A DNA stretch of 62,030 nucleotides, the filler included, from Stramenopiles sp. TOSAG23-3 (lineage: Eukaryota): the NCBI GenBank assembly GCA_900128585.1. It is 5 parts of 5 records of this genome, joined end to end, with 100 filler letters (N's around TTAATTAATTAA, not from the genome) between each part and the next. Parts side by side here need not be neighbours in the genome. Positions count along the whole stretch, not along the records: positions 1 to 27,699 come from LT642256.1; positions 27,800 to 55,430 come from LT642257.1; 3 more parts are not named here. One strand, written 5' to 3'. The position numbers and the translations under genes are program-made. This document shows, one piece after another, positions 23,132 through 34,247 of this stretch. The number at the start of each line of letters is the position of its first letter. Within the stretch, counting starts at the first letter, position 1. The notes below the pieces were generated by a model. It made no database searches. It was not told the origin of the DNA and worked only from the letters and a program-made list of their open reading frames with translations.

Positions 23132-23866
23132 TGTGTACAATATTATGGGGACAATGTTTGTGTGAGGGTCGATTGAAAGTGTTCTTTTCTTTTGGTTGGT
23201 ACGTATATAAGCAAGTATGGCTTTTCACTTCGAACATCTATAATGTAAATTCATTACTTTGAACGGTCATTGGGGTGTGAAGATGTGATTTTTATACTCT
23301 CTCTTTTACTCTTCTTATAAATATTATATTATAGTTTTCTTACTCGTACCGGTACTCTATGGAAATACTATAATACTACAATATAATTTTAAAAATAAAA
23401 TAACATAACCGTTGGAGGAGTATATAATAATAATATAAGTGAGAATCCCTATACTATATACCTATAGAATATCACAGGAGAATATTTTTTTATTGTTGTT
23501 TTTATTCGTTAGGTATTATTTTTATGAATGAAAAGAAAAAAGAAGAAAGAGATAACTCTGCTTCTTCTTCCTACGACGTACTACTCTGTCTGTGTTGTAT
23601 TTTTATAATAATAATAATAATTATATAATTTATTATTATTTTATTATGAAAACAAAAATATGACTGATAATGTTTATATATATAACGACTAATTTCTATA
23701 ACACACACGCAATCAATTGGAGAGAGTAATCAGGATGAAAAAAATTGAGCCCAATAGTTTTTTTCAAGGAGACCTTTACACCTCGTATATGTGGTATCGA
23801 AGCAACCAAGCCGTTCATCCCGTACTTATAAACACGACTTGGGTGTAGATAGAATATATTGGAACA

Positions 23867-25750
23867 ATGAGCAGCCGAAAGACCATTATCGAACCCGTGG
23901 CGAGGGATACTCGGACTCGCGTGAAAACGCCAATACGAAGGGAGGATGCTTTAACTAACCGCCCGCCGTCCCATATTCGCATTAATGTCAAGAAAAAAAG
24001 CTCCCCGGGTCTCATAAATAGTGGGAAAAAACGAATGTCATTCGCAGATGGTCAAATTAGCCGATTTGCCATGGACGAAAGCGCATTGATGAAGAAAATT
24101 CGTTATGAAGAGCACAGGAATACAGAACTAGAGAAAGCCGTTCAGCGCAAGCATATGCACATCCGGAAAGCGCTCAAGACGATGGACAGGCTGGCACGAA
24201 AAGATCACATCGATGGGCGAAATGCATTTAAGAACAAAAGGAATAGAGTAATGACCAGGGTGCGCATCTTGGAGACAGCGTTAGATGATAAGCGGAAAGC
24301 ACGCAGCCAAGTCGAAAGTTACAACAAAAGAATCCGCGAAGAAATAAACGAACTGCGAAAGGCCGAAAGTGTGTTGGAATGGAACTTTAAAAACACTAAG
24401 CAGACGTTGGTGAAATACCGCAAACTAACGGGGGGCATAATGGCCAAAGCTAACCGATTTTTAGACGAACACGCGAGAGCCAAGGAGGAGTTGGAGGACG
24501 TGGAAAACACATACGTGCGAGAAACCATAAATTTCGAACACGATTTTAACAATTATGTTACTATTGTGGAAAAGCAGCGTCTGAACCAGGAAGAAGCACT
24601 TGTTCAAGAAAGGAGGCACATTCTAAGGGAAAAACACAAGCACGCCCAAGAAAGCGCTAAAATGAGTAATCCAAGGGGGTTGCTGACGGATGAGGAAGAA
24701 GACGCCATTAAGCAAAGGCTTGCCAATTTGAAAGCACAACTGCGAGGAAAAGATAATGTTGCGGTCCAACAGCAACGGGAAATCGAATCAATGGAACATG
24801 CCTTTTCCATGCTCAATGCTGTTTTGGAGGCAGGCGAGCAGGGGATGAACAGTGTGGCCACGGCAAAGCATGTTGAAAAACAATCTCACCTATTTCAACG
24901 AAAACAGGTCAGCGAGTTAAGCACTACGAAAATCAATCAAATAATCGACAAATTCATTTCCAACGAAGAGGGACTTTTTCGAATAGGCAATGCTGTGAAG
25001 GACGTCAAGAGCACTTACTTCACAGAGGAAACGAAGATGAAGGTTGCAAGGGATACATTGATGAAAGCTATGCGGGGAGAGGATAGCCCCGCTGCGACTG
25101 CGCTTCAAATTCGCGTTAAAAAATTGAACGACAAGAAAGATTCAGTAGTGAAGCTGTGCAATAACTTTTTAAGGCGAAAAACGAAGCTAGAGCGGGATCT
25201 GTCGTCCTTCATTGATGGGTTTCAGAGCGTCGTCGATGCTTTGGGCGTTTTCAATGAATTAAATAGGGTGGATAAAAACAATCACGACAATGGGCGCGGA
25301 AGGGCAGGGAAAAACGGAGACAAGGTAAGGGCAGCCCGGGGTAAAAAGGGGCGATTGCACCTGAGTGTTCACAACATTCAGAAATATATGGGCATGCTCG
25401 AGATTCATGCTACAGATATATGCAATAAATATTTGAACCGAAAGGCCGAGGAAGAGGCCGAAGCAATGGATATGCGCAGTAGTAGATCTCGTAGAGATGG
25501 CCCGATGGCCCTGCAGCAGCTGAAGAGGAAGAGGAATCGACCGGCGAAACGGGAGACTGTTTGGGGGCCGAAGACCCTCAAAAGTTTCGCGAATGATTCA
25601 ATGAATAAGTATGGCCCAATTCATAGTCAGACCAGCGAGGAGATGTTTGAGATGGCCCTCAGCCAGAGCCAGCTGCCCAGCATAAACGATTTCGACCGTC
25701 CCATGAGCGTTCATGATGCGAGAAAACACTTGCTGAGTCGGGGTACATAA
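23867..25750 (+). CDS. Coiled-coil protein resembling outer dynein arm docking complex subunit (DC2/CCDC63/ODAD1 family)
   Basis: RVRILETALD...YNKRIREEINELRKAE, MEHAFSML, IIDKFISNEEGLF and NIQKYMGMLE resemble ODA-DC2 motifs (from recall). Confidence 0.65.
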   Translation: MSSRKTIIEPVARDTRTRVKTPIRREDALTNRPPSHIRINVKKKSSPGLINSGKKRMSFADGQISRFAMDESALMKKIRYEEHRNTELEKAVQRKHMHIRKALKTMDRLARKDHIDGRNAFKNKRNRVMTRVRILETALDDKRKARSQVESYNKRIREEINELRKAESVLEWNFKNTKQTLVKYRKLTGGIMAKANRFLDEHARAKEELEDVENTYVRETINFEHDFNNYVTIVEKQRLNQEEALVQERRHILREKHKHAQESAKMSNPRGLLTDEEEDAIKQRLANLKAQLRGKDNVAVQQQREIESMEHAFSMLNAVLEAGEQGMNSVATAKHVEKQSHLFQRKQVSELSTTKINQIIDKFISNEEGLFRIGNAVKDVKSTYFTEETKMKVARDTLMKAMRGEDSPAATALQIRVKKLNDKKDSVVKLCNNFLRRKTKLERDLSSFIDGFQSVVDALGVFNELNRVDKNNHDNGRGRAGKNGDKVRAARGKKGRLHLSVHNIQKYMGMLEIHATDICNKYLNRKAEEEAEAMDMRSSRSRRDGPMALQQLKRKRNRPAKRETVWGPKTLKSFANDSMNKYGPIHSQTSEEMFEMALSQSQLPSINDFDRPMSVHDARKHLLSRGT

Positions 25751-26086
25751 AACATGCCGGCACAAAGTGCTTAAAAATATGCGAGAAATTCTTAAATGTC
25801 AAAAAAAATATAATTCTCTTACAAAACACCAAATTATATAGTATGCTTTAAGACTCTCATTTTATTATATCAATTACAATTTCATTTATATCACATAGTA
25901 TGCTTCAAGACTCTCCTTTTAAACATATGTTATATATTATATAATTTGTTTTTTTTATAAATTGAATTATAATTCTTATACCAAGAGTTATGTCTATTTG
26001 GAAAAGACTCCCTCGCACTACTCGGAAAATGATACACTGACCTTTTTCTGAACACCACCCCCAAACCAACCGTGACGGCAAACCTT

Positions 26087-27019
26087 TCACCAGCCTGGAA
26101 ACAAGACTGGCGTCGTTTTTTTGTATTTTTCGTAATGTTTCATTCCGCCCCACTTCTGATCCGCGCGTTTTTCCAGCAACATTAAGCTAGTAAAGACCAA
26201 GAAAATACAAGACCAGACAGGACTTACAGCACACGTTATCAAATCGACGACAGAGGCGCGTGCGAGCCCCTCCAACCCCCCGATGCAGCATATGGACAGC
26301 CCGAACCATAGCATGATTTCACCACAATAATTAGGGTGCCTCGAATAGCCCCACATGCCCGTCGCAATCCATTTATTATTTTCTCCGAACTTAAATGCAG
26401 CATTAAAATTCCACTTTTCTATATCTGCAACTATTTCTATGTAAAACCCAATTGCAAAAATAGAAAACCCAATGTAGTCCAAAATGTCTAGACCGTTCGA
26501 CAAAGTCTGGCGTTTATCGTCTGCAAGCTTCCATAAGGAAAAGAAATTAAAAAAGCACCACAGCCCCCCGCTTGTCCAGGCAAACAAGTTATATGCTACC
26601 CCTTTGTTCAATTTTTCGAAACGAAAATCGTGCCCCCTTACGAAGACCCTGTATCCTACGTACGCGACTAGGCGGGTGCACCAAACAGCTGCGCAAAGAT
26701 ACACCAGAGACGTCCGAAGGTTTGGCGCCCCATTGGAGACGGTGAAATATGAACACGCCAGCATATGCAAAATGCAAACGTCTTCCGTAATGTCATAAAA
26801 TTTGTTTGTTCCAAGCAATAATGAAGTAACGAACCCAACCCAATGGAAACCAATTCCCAGCAAGCCGGCCAATAGAAAGCGACCTGAAAGAGCACGCCCC
26901 AAGCAAACAGCAAGGCAGATCTGGGAGACCACAAGAAGGCAGAAGAACCCCGGCGACGTGTTTGAATAGTCCAGTTCCGACTTGTGGGCAGACTTTTGGA
27001 GCCGATCCAGGAAGGACAT
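26087..27019 (-). CDS. DUF1295 / steroid 5-alpha-reductase-like membrane protein
   Basis: DFRF, EIVADIEK and TGMWGYSRHPNYCGEIMLW motifs; multiple TM helices. Confidence 0.88.
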   Translation of the reverse strand: MSFLDRLQKSAHKSELDYSNTSPGFFCLLVVSQICLAVCLGRALSGRFLLAGLLGIGFHWVGFVTSLLLGTNKFYDITEDVCILHMLACSYFTVSNGAPNLRTSLVYLCAAVWCTRLVAYVGYRVFVRGHDFRFEKLNKGVAYNLFAWTSGGLWCFFNFFSLWKLADDKRQTLSNGLDILDYIGFSIFAIGFYIEIVADIEKWNFNAAFKFGENNKWIATGMWGYSRHPNYCGEIMLWFGLSICCIGGLEGLARASVVDLITCAVSPVWSCIFLVFTSLMLLEKRADQKWGGMKHYEKYKKTTPVLFPGW

Positions 27020-27338
27020 AATCCTTCGTGCAAGGGAGTTCGAAGTGTCGACGACAACAAGTACGCCTTGGCTCCGAAAAAAATGTTTAAAATATTGTCT
27101 TGGTTGACAGTAAGATGCAAGAAAAGGATATGAAGTTTCTCTTCCTTCAATTCTTTTTTAGAAAACACAAAATTCGTTTCTTCGTATTTTTTATATAATA
27201 ATAAATATATTTATTGTATAAAAAAATAATTTATATTAATAAAATGTACATCATCATAATAATAATGTAGGAGAGCTTATTGAATTTTTGCTTATTGAAT
27301 TGAAGGATGCTATTAGCTGTTGTTTTTTTGAGATTTTA

Positions 27339-27671
27339 TTTTCGAGTTGAATTTCCTATCTTATTTACGTACTTGTAAATCGCTCTACAATACTAAGATA
27401 TCAAAGTGTTCCCCGTAAAAACGTCACTTTCGTTCATATCTTAATAAATAATACAAGTACACATTACCTATATAATGGAAATAATGGTTCATATTAAAAA
27501 TCAACAATTTTTACAAAAAAACTAGAGAAACCCGTTATATAGGTATTATGTACTTGTATTATCTCTTAAGATATAAACGAAAGTGACGTTTTTACGGGGA
27601 ACACTTTGATATCTTAGTATTGTAGACCTATTTACAAGTACGTAAATAAGATAGGAAATTCAACTCGAAAA
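27339..27671. mobile_element. Fold-back / MITE-like element with ~140-bp inverted arms
   Basis: 27339-27478 is the reverse complement of 27532-27671, with 8 mismatches by manual alignment; 53-bp spacer; no ORF. Confidence 0.75.
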
Positions 27672-27699
27672 AGTTAAACACAAAGTTGCACAAGGTAAA

Positions 27700-27799
27700 N
27701 NNNNNNNNNNNNNNNNNNNNNNNNNNNNNNNNNNNNNNNNNNNTTAATTAATTAANNNNNNNNNNNNNNNNNNNNNNNNNNNNNNNNNNNNNNNNNNNN
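27700..27799. other. Artificial contig linker
   Basis: N44-TTAATTAATTAA-N44, a six-frame stop linker. Confidence 0.98.
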
Positions 27800-27942
27800 T
27801 TTAGCTTAAACGTGAATTAAGTCTAGATTAGAACATATTGTGCAAGGATACAAATGAGGCTGTTAATCTTATTTATGTTTTTTTCATCATTCATCTGCAT
27901 TCAAATTTGCGTATATCGATAATAAAATTGAAGAATATTTAT

Positions 27943-29592
27943 TCATCGAAATGCATCTGCCAATGCACTCATTTCAGCAGGAAGCATGAACACTTTTGAA
28001 TATGCCCGCCCATTGATGTCTACCGGTTTCGTGGCACCGGAGTTGGAGACAGCCAAATTAGTATCGTTGTCGCCCCCTTTCCGTTCGGGGGTAGTCAACA
28101 GCACCGGAGTCAGTGCATTGGTTGAGTCAGCATCGCCGCTATGAACTTCATCAGTGCCCTGTTCGTCGGTCTTGCTGACCTGCCCTGCTTTATTATTGAC
28201 TTGGAAGGATAACCGTTTTGGTACGTCGGCAAGGCGCTCCTTTTGCTTTCCAGCATCGCTAATCAAAATTTCTAACTGCCGCTCGCACTCTTTCCGCAAA
28301 TCTTCCAACGTGCTGACAACGTCCATGGATCCTATGTTTGGCTCTACCGTCATTGTGCTCAAAGCGTAGTCCTGTTTCTCATCCAACGCAAATTGCAAAT
28401 GGTGCAACGCTACCATTTCCTTTGACAGCTCGTCGTTTTTCCGGGACAATTCGTCTATAATTTGATTCATGCGCGAAGTTTCTTCTTCGTGGTTTTGGTT
28501 GTTCTGAAGCGCCGCTCGTTCCAAAATGCGGATTTTTGTCATCAGGGCGTTGTAACGCTCCTCTTGCAATTTGTTGGGTTGCAAACTCGAAACACCATCA
28601 CTCATTATGCTGGAACGGTCATCCTCCATTTCCTCTTTCTCCTTCAGCTTCTTGTAAGTGCGCAACCGCTTGATCTCTGATGCTAGGTCCCCGAAAGAAT
28701 TTACAATGTTTTCAAGGTCTGACATAGTCGGCAACTGGCCACTTAAAGGCGCGGCCTCAGGGGACTGAGTTTGGGGACTACTACCCACCGAGCGCCTCCC
28801 CTTCTTGCTAAATATTTTCTCCTCCGGTGTATGCTTTGCCGCTATTGCAATTTCTCGCAAAGTCGGCGTCCCACCATTTACCTCTTCGAAGTAAGGTGCC
28901 ATCACCGTCTGTTCAAACAGTCGGGTAGACTCCGTTATTAATATTAATTGCGACTCTAAATTTTTCACTTTGTTCTCCAATTCCAAGTTTATCTTTTTCA
29001 ATTTCTCCGACGACATGTATTCAGGCCGACGCTTTATCGTTGCATTGCCAGAGCTGCCGAGATGGCTCTGCCTGCTTGCTTTTGAACGCCCATGCTTCGT
29101 GCGTTTGGCACCACTTACCCGAGAGAGCCTGGAGGCACGGGGAACTGCGGGCTTGGCCACAGGCGTAGGGGCGGGCGGGGGAGGGACTATGTTTGCTTGG
29201 ATTCCAATGGTCGCCATGATCGGCGCAGTAGGCTGTGGGACTTCCCGCTGAAGCCTTACCCCCATTGTATTTCGTCGCGTGCTAAAACTAGTAAAGTCGC
29301 CGGGGCGGTAATTCGGGCTTCCCCCGTTTTGGCTCTTGTTCGAACTGCTATGGCGCGCTAGGCTTTGCTTCACGGTGATAAGCTCTTTGTTGGCCTTCTC
29401 ATACCGCTCTTCCATTAGTTTCAGTTCATTCCTCAACCTTTTGTTATCCTTTTGGCTCTCTTTCAATGCCGTCCGGTGCAGTTGTTCTTTTGCCCTGGCA
29501 AGAGCCACAGAAGCCCTCAACTCATCTTCTTCTCTACGCGAACCGTTCTGCTGCGCATAAACGGGTGGAGAGACGTTCCTACCTCGGCTCAT
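27943..29592 (-). CDS. Coiled-coil hypothetical protein
   Basis: Long ORF with heptad-rich segments; first in-frame ATG at 29592 (MSRGRNVSPP). Confidence 0.75.
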   Translation of the reverse strand: MSRGRNVSPPVYAQQNGSRREEDELRASVALARAKEQLHRTALKESQKDNKRLRNELKLMEERYEKANKELITVKQSLARHSSSNKSQNGGSPNYRPGDFTSFSTRRNTMGVRLQREVPQPTAPIMATIGIQANIVPPPPAPTPVAKPAVPRASRLSRVSGAKRTKHGRSKASRQSHLGSSGNATIKRRPEYMSSEKLKKINLELENKVKNLESQLILITESTRLFEQTVMAPYFEEVNGGTPTLREIAIAAKHTPEEKIFSKKGRRSVGSSPQTQSPEAAPLSGQLPTMSDLENIVNSFGDLASEIKRLRTYKKLKEKEEMEDDRSSIMSDGVSSLQPNKLQEERYNALMTKIRILERAALQNNQNHEEETSRMNQIIDELSRKNDELSKEMVALHHLQFALDEKQDYALSTMTVEPNIGSMDVVSTLEDLRKECERQLEILISDAGKQKERLADVPKRLSFQVNNKAGQVSKTDEQGTDEVHSGDADSTNALTPVLLTTPERKGGDNDTNLAVSNSGATKPVDINGRAYSKVFMLPAEMSALADAFR

Positions 29593-30042
29593 TGTCGTAA
29601 ACGGGCTTCCAATACGTTCCGTGCTAGTGCTACCAAAAAAATTGAGTCCTGAGCATGGAAATAAACTTGTGTATTTAAGACGAACACAAGCAATTCTTAT
29701 CCAGTGGGGTCTCAACCTTTATCTAAAATAAAGGAAAGGAATGTCGATCGTGGGCGCAATTTGGAAGAAGAAGTAAGGTATAAAAGAAGAAAGAAGAAGA
29801 AAACAGCTACTACAACCGGTAACCGGAATGTACCTCGTTCCTACTTTTAATAATAATACTATTACTACGCACAAACAAACAACACGGAAGGGGTCAAAAG
29901 GATGAAAAGAATATAACAACTAATATATTTATTCCCAGTACTGTGTGACTGCTAGAAACAATTGTTGTCCGAAACGGTTTAATTATTTTTGTAGTAGTAG
30001 TATACTATTTGTTTATTTGGTTCCTATCACATTTCTTTCCTT

Positions 30043-32583
30043 TTATGAAATGATGCTTGCATATCTCTTCTCCTCCTTCCCTTTCTTCTTGATATGTCGC
30101 AGCGTAGTCTCGAAACGAGCCTTTGCTTGCTCGGCACCCTCGTTGTCCAGGTCACTCATGTGCTCCCGAATCAAGTTCAAAAGGCCTTTGACGTACTTAA
30201 CTTCAATTCTTGGGCACTCCTGGGAGTAGTAGTACAGGTACTCGTTCAAAATATCTATGAACAGCTCCACATTGGCTACTGGATCCATGATCCCGTCTGC
30301 GATCTTCAGCGATTTCTTAAGGCACTCCAACGCACGGTTGTCGTCCGCAAGGCGTTTCGGCTCTTTTCCTGCAGCAGGGCGCCCCGTCCAAAACAAGTGA
30401 GCGCACTGCGCCACCATTCGGCACTGGTCCGTCTTCTTCAGCAACTTGGCCGCATACTTCGTCGTGTTCGTGATCAGCGTATCGTAGTTGTCTTCACCAA
30501 AAACGTTGGAAACCTGAAGGGTGCCGATCATTTCTAGCAAAGCGCGCACTTGGGCCTTGGAGTCTGCAGTATCTTCGTACAGTGCAAACGCGCGGGTGAC
30601 AAACTCATAGGCGATTGCTTCGTACTGGCATTCCCCTGCACTGCGGGATGCTTCTAAAAACATACTGAGGGCCATCGTCTGGTATTCGTCTACGCCTGCT
30701 AGCGCGGTGATCAGGCCGTGGATGTGCTGGTAGATCTTCTTGGAGCCAACTTTAGGGGCTTCGGGCACAGCAACTGTCTTCGGGGCCTCCGGGGCCGGGG
30801 GGGCCTCTTCGCCGTCCTTCTCCGGGTTCTCCGGGGCCGCGGCCTCTGCTGCTTTCGCGTTCTTCGCCTTTGCGCGAGCGATTTGCCGTTCGCGCTGGTG
30901 GATGCGACGGGCAAGGCGGAAGTACCCAAAGGTCAACGGAACGAGCGTGAAACGAATGCGGCGCATCCCTCCTTTCCCAAACGCTTTTCTTGCCAAGTTG
31001 TATATTTGAAAGAGCACGTCCGTGTCTTCGTTCTCAAACAAGGCAACCAAACGGGAGACTAGACGTTGCTCTACAGTAAACTCGTCTGGAGACCCGTCCG
31101 CGTCGGAGCCTTCCCCGTCGTCGCTCAGCTGCTCCCCCATGTTTATTGCCGGAGTGTCATCCTCGTCACGAACTAGTGGGGATATGAACGTTAGCAGTTG
31201 CTCGCACATTTTCAGGGAGTCCACGCGGGAGCCTTCTACGTCGACAACGGCGCGAAGCATCTGAACGGCAACGTTTTTGCGCGGCGCAAAGGGGAGGGTG
31301 GCCATCAAGGGGGCGAATTTCTCCAGCTTCAAGACGTTCAGGCTCAGCGTTTCGAGTGGGGTGGTGAGCAGGGTTTGGACGAACTCTTCGCTCTCCGCGG
31401 GGACTTTGGACCCTGCCCCTACTAAGCGGCCGAGAACTTGCGCGCTGAAACCTAATATGTGGTCCACGTAATCGAGTTTGCCCGGGTAGCAGCTGTTGCT
31501 GAAGTTCAGCAAAGCGATTTGCAACTCCAGGATATCGTTCACCTCCATGGTTGCCTGGTGCGTCTTCAACGTTTCGGCGACGTACTTGTTGAACATGCTG
31601 AAGGCGTCGTCTGGAATTTTGGCGCTACCGCTTTTGATGTACTGCGCAATTCGGTCCATGAGGCGGATAAGTATAGACTTTACGTCGACCTCTTCGCTGA
31701 GGGCAGTGCACTGCGTGAGAAACGTCTCTAGCGTGCCCAGGTGAAACTCGTCCGGGAAGACTTGTATAATGCAATCCATCAAGTAGAATTGCGCGATGGG
31801 GTCTTTGCAGTTGACGACCTCTTCCAGTATTTTCGGCAGGACGTTATCTTTGTAACCCTCAAGGGTGACGCCGTCCAGGTGAGACAAGCGCACCAAGTTG
31901 GTCCCGACCAACAGCTTGAGCTGCTGCCTCTCTTTCTCGCGCTTCTTCTTCTTCTTCACCTTTCCCTGCGACTGCATGCGGACCCACAAGCGGTTCATTT
32001 CGCAGAAATTCTGCAACACGAACTCTACCGCGTCGTCCGTGTCCCCTCCTTCGCCTTCGTAGTCCGAGCCTTTGTCTGGAAGCTTGTCCTTCGAAATCGT
32101 AGACAAGTAGTTGCGCAAGAAAAGGCCCCGTGTCGGGTGCTGGACGCCTTTTCCCATCTCCACCATGTCTTTTAAAATGTCCTTGCACACGCCCTTCTTG
32201 CTCTTTATGTATATGCCCCCGACGCAAAACAAGAGGTACAGGCGTGGCAGAACGTTCCCGCAGTTCTGCACCCTTTGGTACAGCGCGACGATGTCCTCTT
32301 TCCCGCTCTCAGTTTGCTCCCGGAAGAACATCTCCAAGTACATCAGCTCGTCGCACACTTTCATGTAAAGTTCGTAGTAGTTCATTGGGGACAAGGCCGA
32401 GGTCCGCAGCTCTCCGAGCATTTGCGAGGCGTGCTTTAGTGCCAGGCGCAGGTCTTCTTGGTCCATGGCACGCTTCATGTGGAACGCTTCGCGCATGACG
32501 CATTTGATCGACTCCTTCAGCAAGGCCGCAGCGCGTTGCTTCTTCGTCAGCGTTGGTGGTTCGTCATAGTTCGGTGTTGCCAT
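30043..32583 (-). CDS. VPS35: Retromer subunit VPS35
   Basis: ELRTSALSP..YYELY, PRLYLL, GVQHPTRGLFLRNYL, EMNRLWVR, LVGTNLVRLS, AKLLKKTDQCR. Confidence 0.97.
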   Translation of the reverse strand: MATPNYDEPPTLTKKQRAAALLKESIKCVMREAFHMKRAMDQEDLRLALKHASQMLGELRTSALSPMNYYELYMKVCDELMYLEMFFREQTESGKEDIVALYQRVQNCGNVLPRLYLLFCVGGIYIKSKKGVCKDILKDMVEMGKGVQHPTRGLFLRNYLSTISKDKLPDKGSDYEGEGGDTDDAVEFVLQNFCEMNRLWVRMQSQGKVKKKKKREKERQQLKLLVGTNLVRLSHLDGVTLEGYKDNVLPKILEEVVNCKDPIAQFYLMDCIIQVFPDEFHLGTLETFLTQCTALSEEVDVKSILIRLMDRIAQYIKSGSAKIPDDAFSMFNKYVAETLKTHQATMEVNDILELQIALLNFSNSCYPGKLDYVDHILGFSAQVLGRLVGAGSKVPAESEEFVQTLLTTPLETLSLNVLKLEKFAPLMATLPFAPRKNVAVQMLRAVVDVEGSRVDSLKMCEQLLTFISPLVRDEDDTPAINMGEQLSDDGEGSDADGSPDEFTVEQRLVSRLVALFENEDTDVLFQIYNLARKAFGKGGMRRIRFTLVPLTFGYFRLARRIHQRERQIARAKAKNAKAAEAAAPENPEKDGEEAPPAPEAPKTVAVPEAPKVGSKKIYQHIHGLITALAGVDEYQTMALSMFLEASRSAGECQYEAIAYEFVTRAFALYEDTADSKAQVRALLEMIGTLQVSNVFGEDNYDTLITNTTKYAAKLLKKTDQCRMVAQCAHLFWTGRPAAGKEPKRLADDNRALECLKKSLKIADGIMDPVANVELFIDILNEYLYYYSQECPRIEVKYVKGLLNLIREHMSDLDNEGAEQAKARFETTLRHIKKKGKEEKRYASIIS

Positions 32584-34247
32584 ATTTTTTCGCGTGTTCT
32601 AAAATATGGTGCTAAACGTTGTATCTTCGTGGTCAGTCAGTCTGTCCGTCCGTCCGTCCCTGAGATCTTCGAGGGGGTGTGGTAGAAGGGAATGAGGGAG
32701 AAAGAATAACTAGAAAAGGATTCGTCAGAACAAGGTATCCAAATAGCAAATAATTCCTTGTATATTTTGATGCATAAACTGTCTAGAGTTTCGTTCAAAC
32801 CATCGTTGTTCCTCTGTTGACACCTTCTTCTAACGGAATGGATAGTACACTAGTGAAGAAGATACTAGTAATTATTCTATTGCTTTGTTGGACTAAGTAC
32901 GATTACCTACCGAACAAGAAGGCGCAAGGAAGAAAGAAGAAATTAAAAATAATTATCCAGCCAAGAACGAAGAAAGAAGAAGAAAGAAAAGAAGAAGGAT
33001 AGAAAGAGGATGGATCTATAATCTATACCGCAGGTGTACTCTTATCTACTATTCATTCCTTTTTTATTTAATTGACGACTAACTACTATAGGTATAGTAT
33101 TAAAACGAACTGAATATTCGTAGTGAATGCTCTTACAGGTATTTAATTAATATAGGAGCTTTATTATTTTACTAACTGGTGGTACCAAGGTAAAGTGTCG
33201 TGTCGTCAAAGTAAATTATTAGAAGAAACCATTCAATGGAAGAGCATTGAAGATTGATTGTTGAGTGTGAGTGTGAGGGTTTCAGAATAAATAATTAAAA
33301 AAATATTGATGTAATAATAATGATGTCTACTACTGTGCTATTATTAATACGGGTACAGTACTGTATTAAATCCTATCCAATCCTTTTTTTTTTTTAGATT
33401 TTTATTTCTTCTCAAGTTATGTACTGTAGTTAATAATATTCGAGTAGAAGTTGGGAGAGTGAATGAGTGAATGAGTGACTTGTGACTGGTGATATTATTT
33501 ATCATATCTGATTAGTGATGAAAGAAATAATACTAATAATTGTACTATATAAAAACTAATACTTCCTATTAAAAAAAAGTATAAATATTCCTTCCCTTTT
33601 TTTATAAATAATAAAATATGAAATATACGAGGATAGTGTATTCCATTGTATACTGTAGTGCTTGATATTATATACGTACGTATGGGTAGACTATTAATAC
33701 TTCTTGTTATTTTTTTACTTGACCCCTCCCCTTTTTTTTGACGTGGGGTGGGGTGGGAGGTGGGAGAAGAAAGAAGAAGTTGCCATCATTGTACATTTTT
33801 TCCTGTTGTTCCGTACCTGTACCGTATTAATAACCGAACGACACCATCTTCAAGTAGAAGAATGATCATCATCTATCTCATCTCACTCGGAACAATAATA
33901 ACAACAACACCTTTTTTCTTCTTCCTTTCTCTTACTCTCTTATTATACTACTACGGTAGTATATATTCGTACTTCTTCTTTATTATTATTATAAATATAA
34001 TAATAGTAAGTAGAAGAATAAAACAAATAGTAAATTATGTATGTGGTATTTAATAGTCGTAGGTTTAATACGAACGGTCTAGTTGATTGAGGTTAGATGA
34101 TCGAAAGTCCCTCTTTATCCAATTGTATGGATTACAGTCTCTTTAAATATTTTGAGAACATTCCCATAAGAAGGACAAGTAAGATCTATACGTTCAAGTA
34201 TTGGAACAGACGTCTTCGCACGACGCTAACATTTCGATACACGTAAA

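Noticed and set aside
27744..27755. TTAATTAATTAA palindrome, repeated four times in the window
   Set aside because: It is always embedded in N runs and is an artificial concatenation linker.
30094..32685. Many overlapping antisense and alternate-frame ORFs on VPS35 and other GC-rich genes
   Set aside because: These are shadow ORFs expected from high GC3 codon usage and have no independent motifs.
32817..34053. Short F/I/K/Y-rich ORFs in AT-rich spacers (also 36905-38505 and 43264-44498)
   Set aside because: They are low-complexity translations of poly-A/T and triplet repeats.
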